Shown here in pieces: positions 47,048 to 57,652 of a DNA stretch of 58,890 nt. The DNA is from a virus (lineage: Duplodnaviria > Caudoviricetes): positions 1-58,890 of the IMG/VR virus record IMGVR_UViG_3300032236_000503; one strand, written 5' to 3'. How positions within the stretch are numbered: position 1 is the first letter of the stretch; each line of letters opens with the position of its first letter. Made by a program: the position numbers and the translations under genes. Below the pieces are notes generated by a model that was not told where the DNA came from, ran no database searches, and saw nothing but the letters and a program-made list of their open reading frames with translations.

Positions 47048-50000
47048 ATGCCAACCTATGAAGTTACGGCTCCAGATGGCAAGACATATCAAATTGATGG
47101 CCCTCCCAATGCGGCACAGCGTGATATTGTCGGCGCTCTTTTGTCAAAATACCCGGAAGCGGCAACGCCGTTCAAACCAGATACTGGATTAGTTTCTGCG
47201 TTTACATCATCTGCGCGGGCGGGGCTTGGTTCTGCCGCTGAAGGTGCTGGTGAATTTGCTGGACTGCCGGGGCTTGCTGAATTTGGAAAGCAGCAACAAG
47301 CTGCTGCGGCCCGTTCCTTTGCTCCTGTATCCGAAGAGGATGTAGCGGCAGCAGATAAGCGCGGCCTTATTTCTGGAGCCACCACCCGCGCTTCACGGTT
47401 TTTGGAGCCAATAGTACAAGATGTAGGCAACATTGTTGGGCGATTTGGTGGGCCGTTAGCTGTTGGAACAGTTGCTGAAGCCGCATTGCCTGTAGAGCTT
47501 GCAACAGCACCATTTTTGGGCGGAGTGTTAGAGGCTACTGGACTTGGAACAATAGGTAAAGCAGTTTCCATAGGCGCTGTAGGTATTTCGGATATCCCTT
47601 TAGAGGCCGGTCAAAGAAAGGTGGCAAGGGAAAAACTTGGCCTTCCACCCGATCCGGTAGCGGATTTGGTTGGAGGCATAGCTTCTGCTGCTTGGCTTGC
47701 TTTGTCTCCGGGGCTGTTATCTGCTCCATTAAAAGCCCCAATGGCCTCTTTGCTTGGGAAAAGCGCAGTACAACAAGCAGAGCGTCTCGCCCCGAAGGTG
47801 TTGGCTGGAGAGCTAACCGCAGCAGAGGCATCAACCCAAGTATCCGGTTATCTCACCAATGCGTTAAAAGGCACTATTGAAAACGCCGTTGTAGGTAGCG
47901 GAATGATGGTTGGTAGTACAGCCATTGAGCGTGCAACACTGGGACAAGATCTCACCTCTCCGGAGGCTCTTGGGCAGTATGGCGAAGCAATAAAAGGCGC
48001 TGTTGGTCTATCCCCCGTATTTGGACTTGCTCACGGCATTGGAGCTAAGGGCGAGGCTGTAGCAAGGCTAAAAGAAAACGAGGCTGAGCGCACCGCAGCG
48101 ATTGCTGACATCAACTCGCAAAAGGCAGCGCAAGCTCAAACTTTGCGTGAACGAGATCTTGCACAGGCTGAACTGGACAAACAAAAGCCCGAATACGCCG
48201 AAAAGGTGATGGATCAGTACCGCGCTGCGGAGCAAGAGAAGCTCGACCTCCTCGGCCAAAAGCGAACTGTGGAATCTGGCTCCGTCACAGAGACGGCAGA
48301 TCGTTTACACAACAAATCCATTGACGAGCAGATTAAAGCTTTGCAGCCAAACATTGAGGCGTTGGCTGCTGAGTACAACAAATACTACAAACCACCGCAG
48401 GCCGCTGAGGCTGCTGAAACTCCTGCCGCTGCACAGCCAGCTTCGGGGATGGCTTTTGTAGCTCCAGAGCCAACAGGGCCAACCGCTATGGAGCCTGTTG
48501 ACACCACCGGGCTGGATAAAACGAGTGATTACGTCACCAGCCTTACCAGTGATTTAAACCTTACAACCCAGCAGATGGACGCGGTTAAGGGGACCAACCT
48601 TCTGGGCATGGTTGGCAAGCTGCGTTTAAATCAAAGTGATTGGGCTGACATTGGTAGCCTACCAACCTTTGCTCGCGGCAAGGGTGGTGAAGGTGTATCC
48701 ATATCCGACCGAGTCGCTGACGGGGCGTTCGACCGCTGGCTCCCGTTTAACCTGCGATCCGAAGTTATCGAAGGTAACTTGGACAGGCAGTTGGAGGCTG
48801 AGGAGTACATCAAGGAGGCGCTCCGCCAGCACGGAATGGGCAAGCCCTTCTACGACTACGAAACCCGCATGTCTTTGGCTGAGCATGAAGCGCAGATCCG
48901 TGATTTAGAGAAGGAAATTGATCGTGAAAACAACCTCGAAGCAGTCAACGGAGAAATCCAAAGCATTGCAGATGAACTCGCAGCCGAAGAGCATGGCAAT
49001 CGAGAGCCTGAAGAATTCGGGGCTGAGCCGGAAGGTGCAACTCGCGGTGCTGCTGAGGGCGAAAGAGAAGCTGCTCCAGAGAAGCTAACCTCGCCGGAGG
49101 AGGGGCAACTATCATCAGCGGAGCCAACAGCCCCAGAACCTGAAGCCCCGCTAAAGCCAATTGATACAAGCAAGCTGCAAGCGGTGCTGACCAAGGCGCT
49201 GTTGCCAACCCTGCAAAAGTTTGGCTTGAAAGATGTTGGCTTAAAGCTAATTGAGGATGCGGGCAACTACGAGGGCCAGTACACACAGAAGCTGATCAGC
49301 ATTGCTTTGGACGCAGCCAAACCCTTGCAGGCTCTGCGTCACGAAGTCATTCACGCGCTGAAAGACATGGGCTTCTTCACCAAGGGCCAGTGGGCTTTGC
49401 TGGAGAAGCAGGCCGACAAGGTGTGGATTGATAAGTACCTGAAAGAGCGTAACGTTGACGGTCGCCCCATCAAGGAGGGGGAGGAGTCCCGCTTTGATGC
49501 GTACATGAAGTTGTACAAGGGTGACATGGATGCAATCCGGGAAGAGGCTATCGCAGATGCCTTTGCTGACTTTGATGCCCACGGCGCACCCAAGGGGATC
49601 ATGTCCACCCTGCTGGAGAAGATGCGTAACTTCTTTGCCAAGGTGAAGGACGCGCTAACCGGTAACGGTTACACCACCGCAGAGGATGTATTTAAACAAG
49701 TAGAGTCCGGGAAACTTACCGCAAGTGCGGCAAAGGCTACCGCAAGTGCGGCAAAACCAAGCCTGCGTAACGACAGAAGCTCGGGCAAGTTTAAAAGTGA
49801 TGAAGAAACCATCAGCACCCGCAAGCCAACATCTGTTAAGCCGCTGGAAAATCATCTCACGGACAAGCTGAATGTCGGTATTGGCGTTGTCAAGGAAGAC
49901 CCCAAGCTACTGGCAAAACATGCACAGCTTGTTAAAGATGACCCATTGATGGGTAACTTTAAGTCAGATTCCCCTGAAGCAACTCTTAATCATTTTATAG

Positions 50001-53000
50001 ATGCACTGAAGGATAACCTTCTAAGCCTGTGGAATGCCACGCCAGAGAAGATTCGTGACCGCAGCAGGAATTGGTACAAGGGCGCAAACCGTATTGCAAA
50101 CAATCTTGCAGATGGAGCAGGAATTTCAGAACGCGCATCATCTGGAGTGCTTGCCGCGCTTAGTCCGCAAACCCCTTGGGATGTAAATGTCAGCCAAGCG
50201 GCACGGGTTATTACCATTTGGAAAAACCATCAAAATACCATTACAGATCCATCCATGACGGATTGGTTCGATTCCAAGATAAAAGAATTAAGCAAGAAAG
50301 GGCCTCCGGTTGTGATGACTCGCATCCGAGATGCGATCCAAGGCAAATCATTCAAAGAGCTTGAAGGCACAGGTCTTCAGCCGTGGTGGCTACGCGCATA
50401 TGATGAGGTCCATCACAGCCGTGAGTACCACTTGGTAGCCCCCGAAGGTGAGTCCGCCGGGCTGATGACCAAAAAGGATGGATCACCAGCCAACATGCCT
50501 TGGGGCAACACTGGAAACATTGAAAAGGCGCTGTCTATTTTGCGCGACGATTCAATGAAAAATATTAGTGAGCAGATGGGCGATGCACACAAAGTTCGCT
50601 CTTTCTACAATAATATCGTGTACCCTGACTCACCCGACGAGCATGTGACGATTGATACCCATGCTGTTGCTGCGGCTCGCTTTGAGCCTTTGAGCGGCAA
50701 TTCTCCGGAGGTGGTACAGGCTTGGGGCGGAGAAGGCTCCAGTTCTATCCACGGGCAGAATGGTTTGTATGGAGAATACGCAGAAGCTTACCGCCGCGCA
50801 GCCAAAGAGCTTGGTGTTCTGCCACGAGAAGTGCAATCGGTTACATGGGAAAAAGTACGGGGATTATTCCCTGATACATTTAAAACAGAGAAGGCTGCAA
50901 ACAATGTTAAATCCATTTGGCAAAAATACAAAACCGGCGACATCACAATCGATGAAGCCCGCAAGCAAATCACAGCAAGCTCACCCAACCAAGACCCCAA
51001 CTGGTCAGGCGTACCCCTTGAATCTGCTGAAGACGCTGGGGCTACCCCCCACGAAGTGGAACCAGCAGGTGGCGCTGTACGGGGAGAAGGAACCTCCGAA
51101 GGAACCAAGCTTAGCTTAAGAGCAGCTCCGGATACGCCGGAGTTCAAGCGGTGGTTTGGCGATAGCAAGGTGGTAGATACCAATGGAAATCCATTGATTA
51201 TGTATCATGCAACTTCAAATTTTAAAGGCAATGAATTTAAGCCTTCTCCAAAAGTAAACAGGACAGGCAATCCTGATGGCTATTATTTTACCTACGATAT
51301 TCGAGATGCAAACAATTACGCGGGAGAAAAGGAAGGCTCACAGATTATTCCCGTATATTTAAGCATTAAAGACCCATATTTTTATGGGAAAAGTTTTCAC
51401 AGTTCAAAAATGGTTGCAGCATTTGAAAAAGAGCTAAGAAAGGACAACCCAAGACTTGGTGATGATTGGATTGAAGAAAAAGTAGATACGTTTAAAAACG
51501 GCAGGTTCCCAAATATTTCTTTTCCAACAGATGCTATGACAAGAGTTATACAGGCTGGTGGATACGATGGTATGAAAGATGGCAGAGATTTTGTGGCGTT
51601 TAATTCATCACAAATAAAGTCTGCTATTGGTAATCGCGGAACATACGACCCCACTAACCCCGACATCCGCGCCAGTCTACGCACTGCTCCAGACTGGGTT
51701 CCTCAAAACATTTGGGATCTGCATGAAAAAGTAAACCGTGCAGAAAATTTGGCTTCTGGTCGTATTGCTAGTGATTTGCGTCCGCAAGATCTAAAGCGTG
51801 AACAAACAATGTCATTCCGCAGATTAAACAAAGCTGTAGAAGATTACGTTGGCAAAGACTTTAACAAAGTAAATGCACTAATGGTGCGGATGAACGAAGA
51901 AACTGGTCGGCGGGAACGTGAACAAGAAAGCCGCGAGCCAGCCCGCTACAGCTTCCGCACTGCTCCCAATACACCGGAGTTCAAGCAGTTCTTTGGTGAC
52001 AGCAAAATTGTTGATGCAAAGGGCGAGCCAAAGGTTATGTACCACGGCACTGCCCGGGACATAACCACGTTTAAACCAAAGCAAGCTGGAGCTATCTTCC
52101 TCACGGAGGATCCAGATTTTGCAAACGTTTTCTCCAAAGATAGCCTTGCATGGATGTCCGCGCATCCCGATCAATTCCTTACGCAAAAGCAAATTGACGA
52201 AGGCAAGGCCCGAGCTATTGCTGCCATCCGCAAGGATTACGGAACAAGGCCCGAAGGTAAAACAATGATTGACAGCATTAAGAGTGGCGGATACAACGAT
52301 GCCACCGCTGAAGGTCAAGAATACTTACGCAAAGCTTACAAAGAAATGATGCCTTCGGGGCCAAACATTGTGCCTGCATATGTGCGTGCAGAGAAGCCGT
52401 TTGATTATGCAAACTCCGAGCATATGAAAGTTATTGAAGATTACGAAAAAGAAAATCGATACACTGACCGCAGCATCAGCAATTATGTTAATGATGTTGC
52501 TCGTGGTAATTGGGAGGCTATTGAAAATCGCAAAATTCAAAAAGCAATTAAGCAAGCAGGGTTTGATGGGTTTTACGTACTTGAGGGCGGCAGGAAAAAC
52601 CTTGCCGTGTATGACCCCGCTCAAATCAAATCTGCTACCGGAAACATTGGTACATATGGGCAGCGCCCCGTAAGCGAGGCAGACGCAGAACGCTTTGGCA
52701 TGACACAAGAGCAAGCCCAAGCAGCGCAAGATGCTGGAGATATGCGGTTCAGCCTGCGTAAGGTTCAAAGCACAATCCAAAACATGCCCAACGGGGCAAA
52801 CATATTGGATGCTTTAAACAGGCGTACAACAACCCGGGAGGAGAAAGGTTACGCTGAGCGCCTCATCGGTGGACTTGGCCCCGAACCATTCTCATACCTG
52901 CGTCAAAAGTTCATCTACCAATACAACCAACTCAGCGTCTATGGCAAGCGCATAGCTGCGCAGATGGGTGGCATTGAGCGTCTTGCAGATATCAGCGCTG

Positions 53001-55318
53001 AAGCTGCTGCGTTGGAATCAGATCGTGCCGCAGGGTACACCGCATCCGCGCTGGGTGTTGGCAACCGTATGGGCGGCATCCCCAAGTACGAAAACGGATT
53101 TACTATCATCTCCAACGAGGGTGGAACCATCAAAGGTGCTGTTGAAATATTTGCCCCGCTTGCCAAGTACGCAGATCCAAAGATCTATCAGGCGTATCAG
53201 TTCTGGGCGATGGCAAAGCGCGGTGAGCGTTTAACCGCAGAGGGCCGCGAAAAGTTTACCCCCGACGAGCTTGCATATGCCAAACAGTTGGAGCAGGAGT
53301 TCCCCGAGTTTGTGGACATCCAAAAGGATTGGATTAAGTACAACGACGGTCTGGTTAAGTACATGGTGGACACCGGTGTGCTGTCCAAGGAGATGGGTGC
53401 GGAGTGGACAAAACATTCCGACTACATTCCCTTCTACCGTCAGCTTGAGGGTGAACAAACCATCGGGCCAAAGATCATGCAAAACCTCACGGGCGTTAAA
53501 CCCCCGAAGAAGCTGAAAGGATCCGAAGCCCCCGCCGCCGACTTCTTGGAGACAATCACCCGCAACACACAGGCTGCGATTACATCGGGGCTGAAGAATG
53601 TTGCAGCGCAAAAGGCGCTTGACGAGGCTCTGTTCCTTGGCGAAGCTGAGAAGGTGGAGCATGCCCCGTCAGCGCCCAACATTGTTTCGGTGCTGCGTGA
53701 TGGCAAGGTTGAGAGCTACCGCTGCGCAGATCCGCTGTTCCTTGATGCGGTAAGAAGTTTAAACCTGCCAGAGCTGCCCGGGCTTAGCTTTCTTTCCAAG
53801 CCAGCGGATGTGCTGCGGTCAATGGTTACTAAAGACCCCGCATTCATCATTGCCAACATGATGAAGCACTCGCTGTACACCTACGCAACCAGCGGGGCGG
53901 ACATCAGCCCCATCACCGGCACACTGAAGAACTTCACCGACGTGATGCGGAACAAGTCTCCCGAGTACCAAAAGCTTTTAAACGCAGGTGTGATTGGCGG
54001 GTACGAGTTCTCCAGAAACATTGAAGCAAGCGCCGAAGCTGTTGCAAGAGATCTCCGCCAGAAGACTGGCACGCAGGAGGGGATGGAGAAAACGTTTAAA
54101 CCTGTCACAGGCATTTGGAAGTATTTGGAACATGCAACCGAGGCCCACGACGCGGCAGTCCGTATCAGCGTTTACAAGGATGTGCTGGCAAAGACTGGCA
54201 ACGAGGCGGAAGCTTTGTTTCGCGCAAACGAGGTTCTCAACTTCAACCGCAAGGGCAACTCTGCGTTGGTTCGTGTCATCACCGCAGGTATCCCATTCTT
54301 GAATGCGAAGCTGCAAGGTCTTGACCTGATGTACAGGGGACTGGTTCAGCCATCACTTGGCGGTGATGTGAGCGCCCGCCAGCGGCAGGTTCAAAAGACC
54401 GCACTGATCCGCGCAGGAACGATGGTTGGACTAAGCGTTATGTACGCCGCGCTGGTGACAAACGACCCCGACTACGAGGCGCAGCAGCAGGAGGTGAAGG
54501 ATAACAACTGGATCATCCCCGGCCTTGGTGTACGCATCCCAATCCCGTTTGAGATTGGCACGCTGTTTAAAACCATGCCGGAGCATATCTATCGCTACTT
54601 CTACGGCAAGGAAGATTTAAAGGAGCTGCAAGCTGCGGGCAAAAAAGCTCTGGGCGATGCACTTACATTTACACCAATACCGCAGATAGCCCTGCCAATT
54701 GTTGAGGCGGAGTCAAACTATTCCTATTTCACCGGTCGCCCCATTGTGGGAACCCACATGCAAGGCATTGATCCAAAGTTTCAAGTGGAACCCAACACAT
54801 CAATCATTGCAAAAGAGCTGGGGCAGATTACCGGAAAGTCGCCGCTTTTGATTGACCACATCTACCAAGGCTACACCGGCACGATGGGGATGTATTTTTC
54901 CGACCTGATGGATGCTGCGTTTGGCATGGCTGGATCTACAAGCAAACCAAGTTTGCGATTGGAACAGATGCCAGTAATTAAGCGCTTCCTTATTGACAAC
55001 CAAGCCACCGGGCAGGTCAGTCAGTTCTACGAGCTGAAAGATTCGGTGGAGACTGCGGTACGAACCATCAACGATTTAAAGAGCAGGGGAAGCCCCGAGC
55101 TAACAAGCTACGCACAGGAGCATGCAAAGGAATACGCAGTGCGTGGTAGCGTGGAACAGATAGCCAAACAGTTACAGGCGCTGAAGAAGCAGGCGCTGGC
55201 AATCCGTGACATGGATATCAGCCGCGATGAAAAGCGTGACAGGCTGCTGGAAAATGTGAAGGCGCAGAACGCGACAGTGGCAAGTATCGGGCGGATCAAA
55301 GAATATTTAAACGAGTAA
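47048..55318 (+). CDS. giant polyvalent ejection protein (zincin, glycosylase-like, two ART-like domains, LPD38-like C-terminus)
   Basis: HEVIH; VTIDTHA; two TPEFKxxFGDSK...MYH modules; IPIPFEIG. Confidence 0.8.
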   Translation: MPTYEVTAPDGKTYQIDGPPNAAQRDIVGALLSKYPEAATPFKPDTGLVSAFTSSARAGLGSAAEGAGEFAGLPGLAEFGKQQQAAAARSFAPVSEEDVAAADKRGLISGATTRASRFLEPIVQDVGNIVGRFGGPLAVGTVAEAALPVELATAPFLGGVLEATGLGTIGKAVSIGAVGISDIPLEAGQRKVAREKLGLPPDPVADLVGGIASAAWLALSPGLLSAPLKAPMASLLGKSAVQQAERLAPKVLAGELTAAEASTQVSGYLTNALKGTIENAVVGSGMMVGSTAIERATLGQDLTSPEALGQYGEAIKGAVGLSPVFGLAHGIGAKGEAVARLKENEAERTAAIADINSQKAAQAQTLRERDLAQAELDKQKPEYAEKVMDQYRAAEQEKLDLLGQKRTVESGSVTETADRLHNKSIDEQIKALQPNIEALAAEYNKYYKPPQAAEAAETPAAAQPASGMAFVAPEPTGPTAMEPVDTTGLDKTSDYVTSLTSDLNLTTQQMDAVKGTNLLGMVGKLRLNQSDWADIGSLPTFARGKGGEGVSISDRVADGAFDRWLPFNLRSEVIEGNLDRQLEAEEYIKEALRQHGMGKPFYDYETRMSLAEHEAQIRDLEKEIDRENNLEAVNGEIQSIADELAAEEHGNREPEEFGAEPEGATRGAAEGEREAAPEKLTSPEEGQLSSAEPTAPEPEAPLKPIDTSKLQAVLTKALLPTLQKFGLKDVGLKLIEDAGNYEGQYTQKLISIALDAAKPLQALRHEVIHALKDMGFFTKGQWALLEKQADKVWIDKYLKERNVDGRPIKEGEESRFDAYMKLYKGDMDAIREEAIADAFADFDAHGAPKGIMSTLLEKMRNFFAKVKDALTGNGYTTAEDVFKQVESGKLTASAAKATASAAKPSLRNDRSSGKFKSDEETISTRKPTSVKPLENHLTDKLNVGIGVVKEDPKLLAKHAQLVKDDPLMGNFKSDSPEATLNHFIDALKDNLLSLWNATPEKIRDRSRNWYKGANRIANNLADGAGISERASSGVLAALSPQTPWDVNVSQAARVITIWKNHQNTITDPSMTDWFDSKIKELSKKGPPVVMTRIRDAIQGKSFKELEGTGLQPWWLRAYDEVHHSREYHLVAPEGESAGLMTKKDGSPANMPWGNTGNIEKALSILRDDSMKNISEQMGDAHKVRSFYNNIVYPDSPDEHVTIDTHAVAAARFEPLSGNSPEVVQAWGGEGSSSIHGQNGLYGEYAEAYRRAAKELGVLPREVQSVTWEKVRGLFPDTFKTEKAANNVKSIWQKYKTGDITIDEARKQITASSPNQDPNWSGVPLESAEDAGATPHEVEPAGGAVRGEGTSEGTKLSLRAAPDTPEFKRWFGDSKVVDTNGNPLIMYHATSNFKGNEFKPSPKVNRTGNPDGYYFTYDIRDANNYAGEKEGSQIIPVYLSIKDPYFYGKSFHSSKMVAAFEKELRKDNPRLGDDWIEEKVDTFKNGRFPNISFPTDAMTRVIQAGGYDGMKDGRDFVAFNSSQIKSAIGNRGTYDPTNPDIRASLRTAPDWVPQNIWDLHEKVNRAENLASGRIASDLRPQDLKREQTMSFRRLNKAVEDYVGKDFNKVNALMVRMNEETGRREREQESREPARYSFRTAPNTPEFKQFFGDSKIVDAKGEPKVMYHGTARDITTFKPKQAGAIFLTEDPDFANVFSKDSLAWMSAHPDQFLTQKQIDEGKARAIAAIRKDYGTRPEGKTMIDSIKSGGYNDATAEGQEYLRKAYKEMMPSGPNIVPAYVRAEKPFDYANSEHMKVIEDYEKENRYTDRSISNYVNDVARGNWEAIENRKIQKAIKQAGFDGFYVLEGGRKNLAVYDPAQIKSATGNIGTYGQRPVSEADAERFGMTQEQAQAAQDAGDMRFSLRKVQSTIQNMPNGANILDALNRRTTTREEKGYAERLIGGLGPEPFSYLRQKFIYQYNQLSVYGKRIAAQMGGIERLADISAEAAALESDRAAGYTASALGVGNRMGGIPKYENGFTIISNEGGTIKGAVEIFAPLAKYADPKIYQAYQFWAMAKRGERLTAEGREKFTPDELAYAKQLEQEFPEFVDIQKDWIKYNDGLVKYMVDTGVLSKEMGAEWTKHSDYIPFYRQLEGEQTIGPKIMQNLTGVKPPKKLKGSEAPAADFLETITRNTQAAITSGLKNVAAQKALDEALFLGEAEKVEHAPSAPNIVSVLRDGKVESYRCADPLFLDAVRSLNLPELPGLSFLSKPADVLRSMVTKDPAFIIANMMKHSLYTYATSGADISPITGTLKNFTDVMRNKSPEYQKLLNAGVIGGYEFSRNIEASAEAVARDLRQKTGTQEGMEKTFKPVTGIWKYLEHATEAHDAAVRISVYKDVLAKTGNEAEALFRANEVLNFNRKGNSALVRVITAGIPFLNAKLQGLDLMYRGLVQPSLGGDVSARQRQVQKTALIRAGTMVGLSVMYAALVTNDPDYEAQQQEVKDNNWIIPGLGVRIPIPFEIGTLFKTMPEHIYRYFYGKEDLKELQAAGKKALGDALTFTPIPQIALPIVEAESNYSYFTGRPIVGTHMQGIDPKFQVEPNTSIIAKELGQITGKSPLLIDHIYQGYTGTMGMYFSDLMDAAFGMAGSTSKPSLRLEQMPVIKRFLIDNQATGQVSQFYELKDSVETAVRTINDLKSRGSPELTSYAQEHAKEYAVRGSVEQIAKQLQALKKQALAIRDMDISRDEKRDRLLENVKAQNATVASIGRIKEYLNE

Positions 55319-55588
55319 GGATGCGACCTCTTTAAGCAGATCGTCTTCGTCGTACCCATAGTGTTTGACGAACCCTTTCGTACCAAGCCCGTGTATTCCG
55401 GTCTTCCCTCTGTGGTGTTCCGGACATAGCGGGATCACATCCATGTTGCTTGCCCTGCGTCCCCCGCCAGTGCCTGCCCGCTTGTGATGTATCTCCGCCG
55501 GAGTGTTGTGATAGCCCATACGTCTACACACTATGCAGCCCAAATCTGCAACGGCAGACATGTGTTTTTTCTCAGCTATTGTTGACAT
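55307..55588 (-). CDS. Ref-like HNH/zinc nuclease
   Basis: GCIVC...EIHH...IPLCPEHHR. Confidence 0.75.
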   Translation of the reverse strand: MSTIAEKKHMSAVADLGCIVCRRMGYHNTPAEIHHKRAGTGGGRRASNMDVIPLCPEHHRGKTGIHGLGTKGFVKHYGYDEDDLLKEVASLLV

Positions 55589-55610
55589 AGTGTGGCAATA
55601 GTTATATGTT
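55582..55610 (+). promoter_or_regulatory. sigma70 promoter
   Basis: TTGACA-17-TATGTT upstream of 55638. Confidence 0.65.
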
Positions 55611-55637
55611 AGATTCGCGCAACTTTGCGAGGTCAAT

Positions 55638-56606
55638 ATGCAAGCAAGAGTCTCAAGGCAGGAATTTTTGGATGCGTGGAGCAAATACGGTTCCGCTGTC
55701 AAAGTGGCAAAGTATTTAAATCTTGATGAACGTTCAGTTCATCGCCGCAGACGCAGGATTGAGGCAAGCTTCAATCAACCGCTCCCCAACTTGCATGATA
55801 ACTCAAAGCAGTATGCCCACATTCAACCCATTAGAACATCCATCAACCGGATTGACTTAGGCATACTTGACCAAACCGTAATCGTTTTCTCCGACGCTCA
55901 TTTTTGGCCCAACGAATACACCACCGCATACAAGGGGCTGCTGTGGGCTATCAAGGAATTGAAACCTCATGTGGTCATTTCCAATGGAGATGCATTTGAT
56001 GGAGCAACAATCTCCCGCCACCCTCCCCTTGGTTGGGCGCACACACCTTCGGTTATGGAGGAGCTTAAAGCTGTGCAGACCTGCCTCGGCGAAATTGAAG
56101 AGACCGCCAAAGCTGCCCGACACAACGCAAAGCTTCTGTTTACATGGGGCAACCACGACACCCGCTTTGCCAACAAACTGGTTAGTCAGGCTCCCCAGTA
56201 CCGCGAAGTGCATGGATTTAAGTTGCAAGATCACTTGCCAGCTTGGGAGTTTGCATGGTCAGTATGGCCTACAAAGGAATGCGTTATTAAGCACCGCTAC
56301 AAAAATGGTGTACACGCAACACACAACAATACTGTAAACGCAGGCACAAGCATAGTCACCGGACATCTGCATAGCTTAAAGGTGACCCCCTTCTCCGACT
56401 ACAATGGTAATCGCTACGGTGTGGACACAGGCACATTGGCTGAGCCACACGGCCCGCAGTTCGACTACGGTGAGGGCAACCCCCTCAATCACCGGAGCGG
56501 GTTTGCGGTGCTGACATTCAAAGGTGGTAAGCTTTTATGGCCTGAGTTGGTTCACAAGTGGAGCGACGATCAGGTTGAGTTTCGCGGTCAAATCATTAAC
56601 GTTTAG
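55638..56606 (+). CDS. calcineurin-like metallophosphoesterase with N-terminal HTH
   Basis: SDAH, NGDAFD, GNHD, GHLH motifs. Confidence 0.88.
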   Translation: MQARVSRQEFLDAWSKYGSAVKVAKYLNLDERSVHRRRRRIEASFNQPLPNLHDNSKQYAHIQPIRTSINRIDLGILDQTVIVFSDAHFWPNEYTTAYKGLLWAIKELKPHVVISNGDAFDGATISRHPPLGWAHTPSVMEELKAVQTCLGEIEETAKAARHNAKLLFTWGNHDTRFANKLVSQAPQYREVHGFKLQDHLPAWEFAWSVWPTKECVIKHRYKNGVHATHNNTVNAGTSIVTGHLHSLKVTPFSDYNGNRYGVDTGTLAEPHGPQFDYGEGNPLNHRSGFAVLTFKGGKLLWPELVHKWSDDQVEFRGQIINV

Positions 56607-56615
56607 GAGTTCGAT

Positions 56616-56885
56616 ATGTTTGGATGGACATTTATTATTTCGGGTGATTGGGAAGAGGACAACGAAGAGATGGAAGCGTTTACAGACCTCTTCGCGGAAG
56701 ATGAAGAGTACGAGTATGACCACGAAGCTGGATGTTTCTGCTGGTACGACGAAGAGTACGACGCTTGGTACTGGTTGAACGAAGACACCGGCGAGTGGCT
56801 CTTGGTCGAAGACGACGAAGCCGATTGGGGTGACGACGAGGAAGAGTACGAAGAAGACGAAGAAGAAGAAGAAGAGACTGCCTAA
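56616..56885 (+). CDS. hyper-acidic aromatic-rich small protein
   Basis: AGGAG RBS; no Lys or Arg; nearly half Asp/Glu. Confidence 0.7.
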   Translation: MFGWTFIISGDWEEDNEEMEAFTDLFAEDEEYEYDHEAGCFCWYDEEYDAWYWLNEDTGEWLLVEDDEADWGDDEEEYEEDEEEEEETA

Positions 56886-57076
56886 CCCGGGTAGATCATT
56901 GCAAGTGCATCTTGAACAGATGCCTGTATCCTAAGCACGGCTTGCTCACAAGGTAGGTCGTGCTTTTTTTGTTGGCGCAAAATATCGTTAATCTCATGCA
57001 GTGTCTGCCAAGCGTAGCCCGAGTGGATGGCTTTGATTGCCTCCTCCTCATCGTTAAATGATGCTGTGATTTTCAT
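56882..57076 (-). CDS. hypothetical protein
   Basis: MKITASFN start directly after the upstream stop. Confidence 0.6.
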   Translation of the reverse strand: MKITASFNDEEEAIKAIHSGYAWQTLHEINDILRQQKKHDLPCEQAVLRIQASVQDALAMIYPG

Positions 57077-57077
57077 A

Positions 57078-57278
57078 TCAATGCTTTCGTACATGTTCAT
57101 TTTGAATGTCCCACGCCATCGCAATGGGGAATAAGATGACGGACAGGAAGTCTTCCTTGCTCCGCCCCGAGTAAACAAATCCCATACTGCCCAGTATGTA
57201 TGAGGCAGCGGCCATAATATCCTCCGGTGGGTAACTCCGGAGCATCTCCTCCATAGCCTCTATAGGTTCATTGTTCAC
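57078..57278 (-). CDS. hypothetical protein
   Basis: GTG start with AGGAG RBS. Confidence 0.55.
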   Translation of the reverse strand: MNNEPIEAMEEMLRSYPPEDIMAAASYILGSMGFVYSGRSKEDFLSVILFPIAMAWDIQNEHVRKH

Positions 57279-57453
57279 GTTTCTCCTTTGTGTGGCGCAG
57301 TGCCGCATACATCAACCGTATATCGATCAGCGCGTCCATAGCGCGGGTCAACGCCAAGTCCATGTTTTGTTCAAGGAATGCGTTATGCACATCCTTCAAA
57401 GCTTTTTCAGCATTCATGCAGGGTAGTGCGTAGTCAATAATTTGTTCAGTCAT
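57268..57453 (-). CDS. hypothetical protein
   Basis: IIDYALPCMNAEKALK. Confidence 0.6.
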   Translation of the reverse strand: MTEQIIDYALPCMNAEKALKDVHNAFLEQNMDLALTRAMDALIDIRLMYAALRHTKEKREQ

Positions 57454-57457
57454 AGTG

Positions 57458-57652
57458 TCATAGCGGTAATAGCCCATCCCAGTTCGTTGACCTTCGGGGT
57501 TTTTTGTTAAGAATTTTCACTGCCTTTGCGTAGTCCGCCTTGTACTGCACGGCCTGTTGGTAGCTACCATTGACCACCGCAATCGGAACACGCCTCATGG
57601 CCTCATCCAGTGTGCGTTTCAGTTTTTCAATTTGCTCCTTGTCATCATTCAT
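57458..57652 (-). CDS. hypothetical protein
   Basis: ATGA overlap. Confidence 0.6.
   Translation of the reverse strand: MNDDKEQIEKLKRTLDEAMRRVPIAVVNGSYQQAVQYKADYAKAVKILNKKPRRSTNWDGLLPL

Noticed and set aside
49717-49756. 21-bp tandem duplication (TACCGCAAGTGCGGCAAA)
   Set aside because: In-frame linker duplication (TASAAK twice) with no sign of a separate function
57450-57510. Possible -1 frameshift at AAAAAACCCC giving an alternative C-terminus that overlaps the next start
   Set aside because: No canonical in-frame slippery heptamer; the unshifted frame also ends next to the following gene; could be an indel
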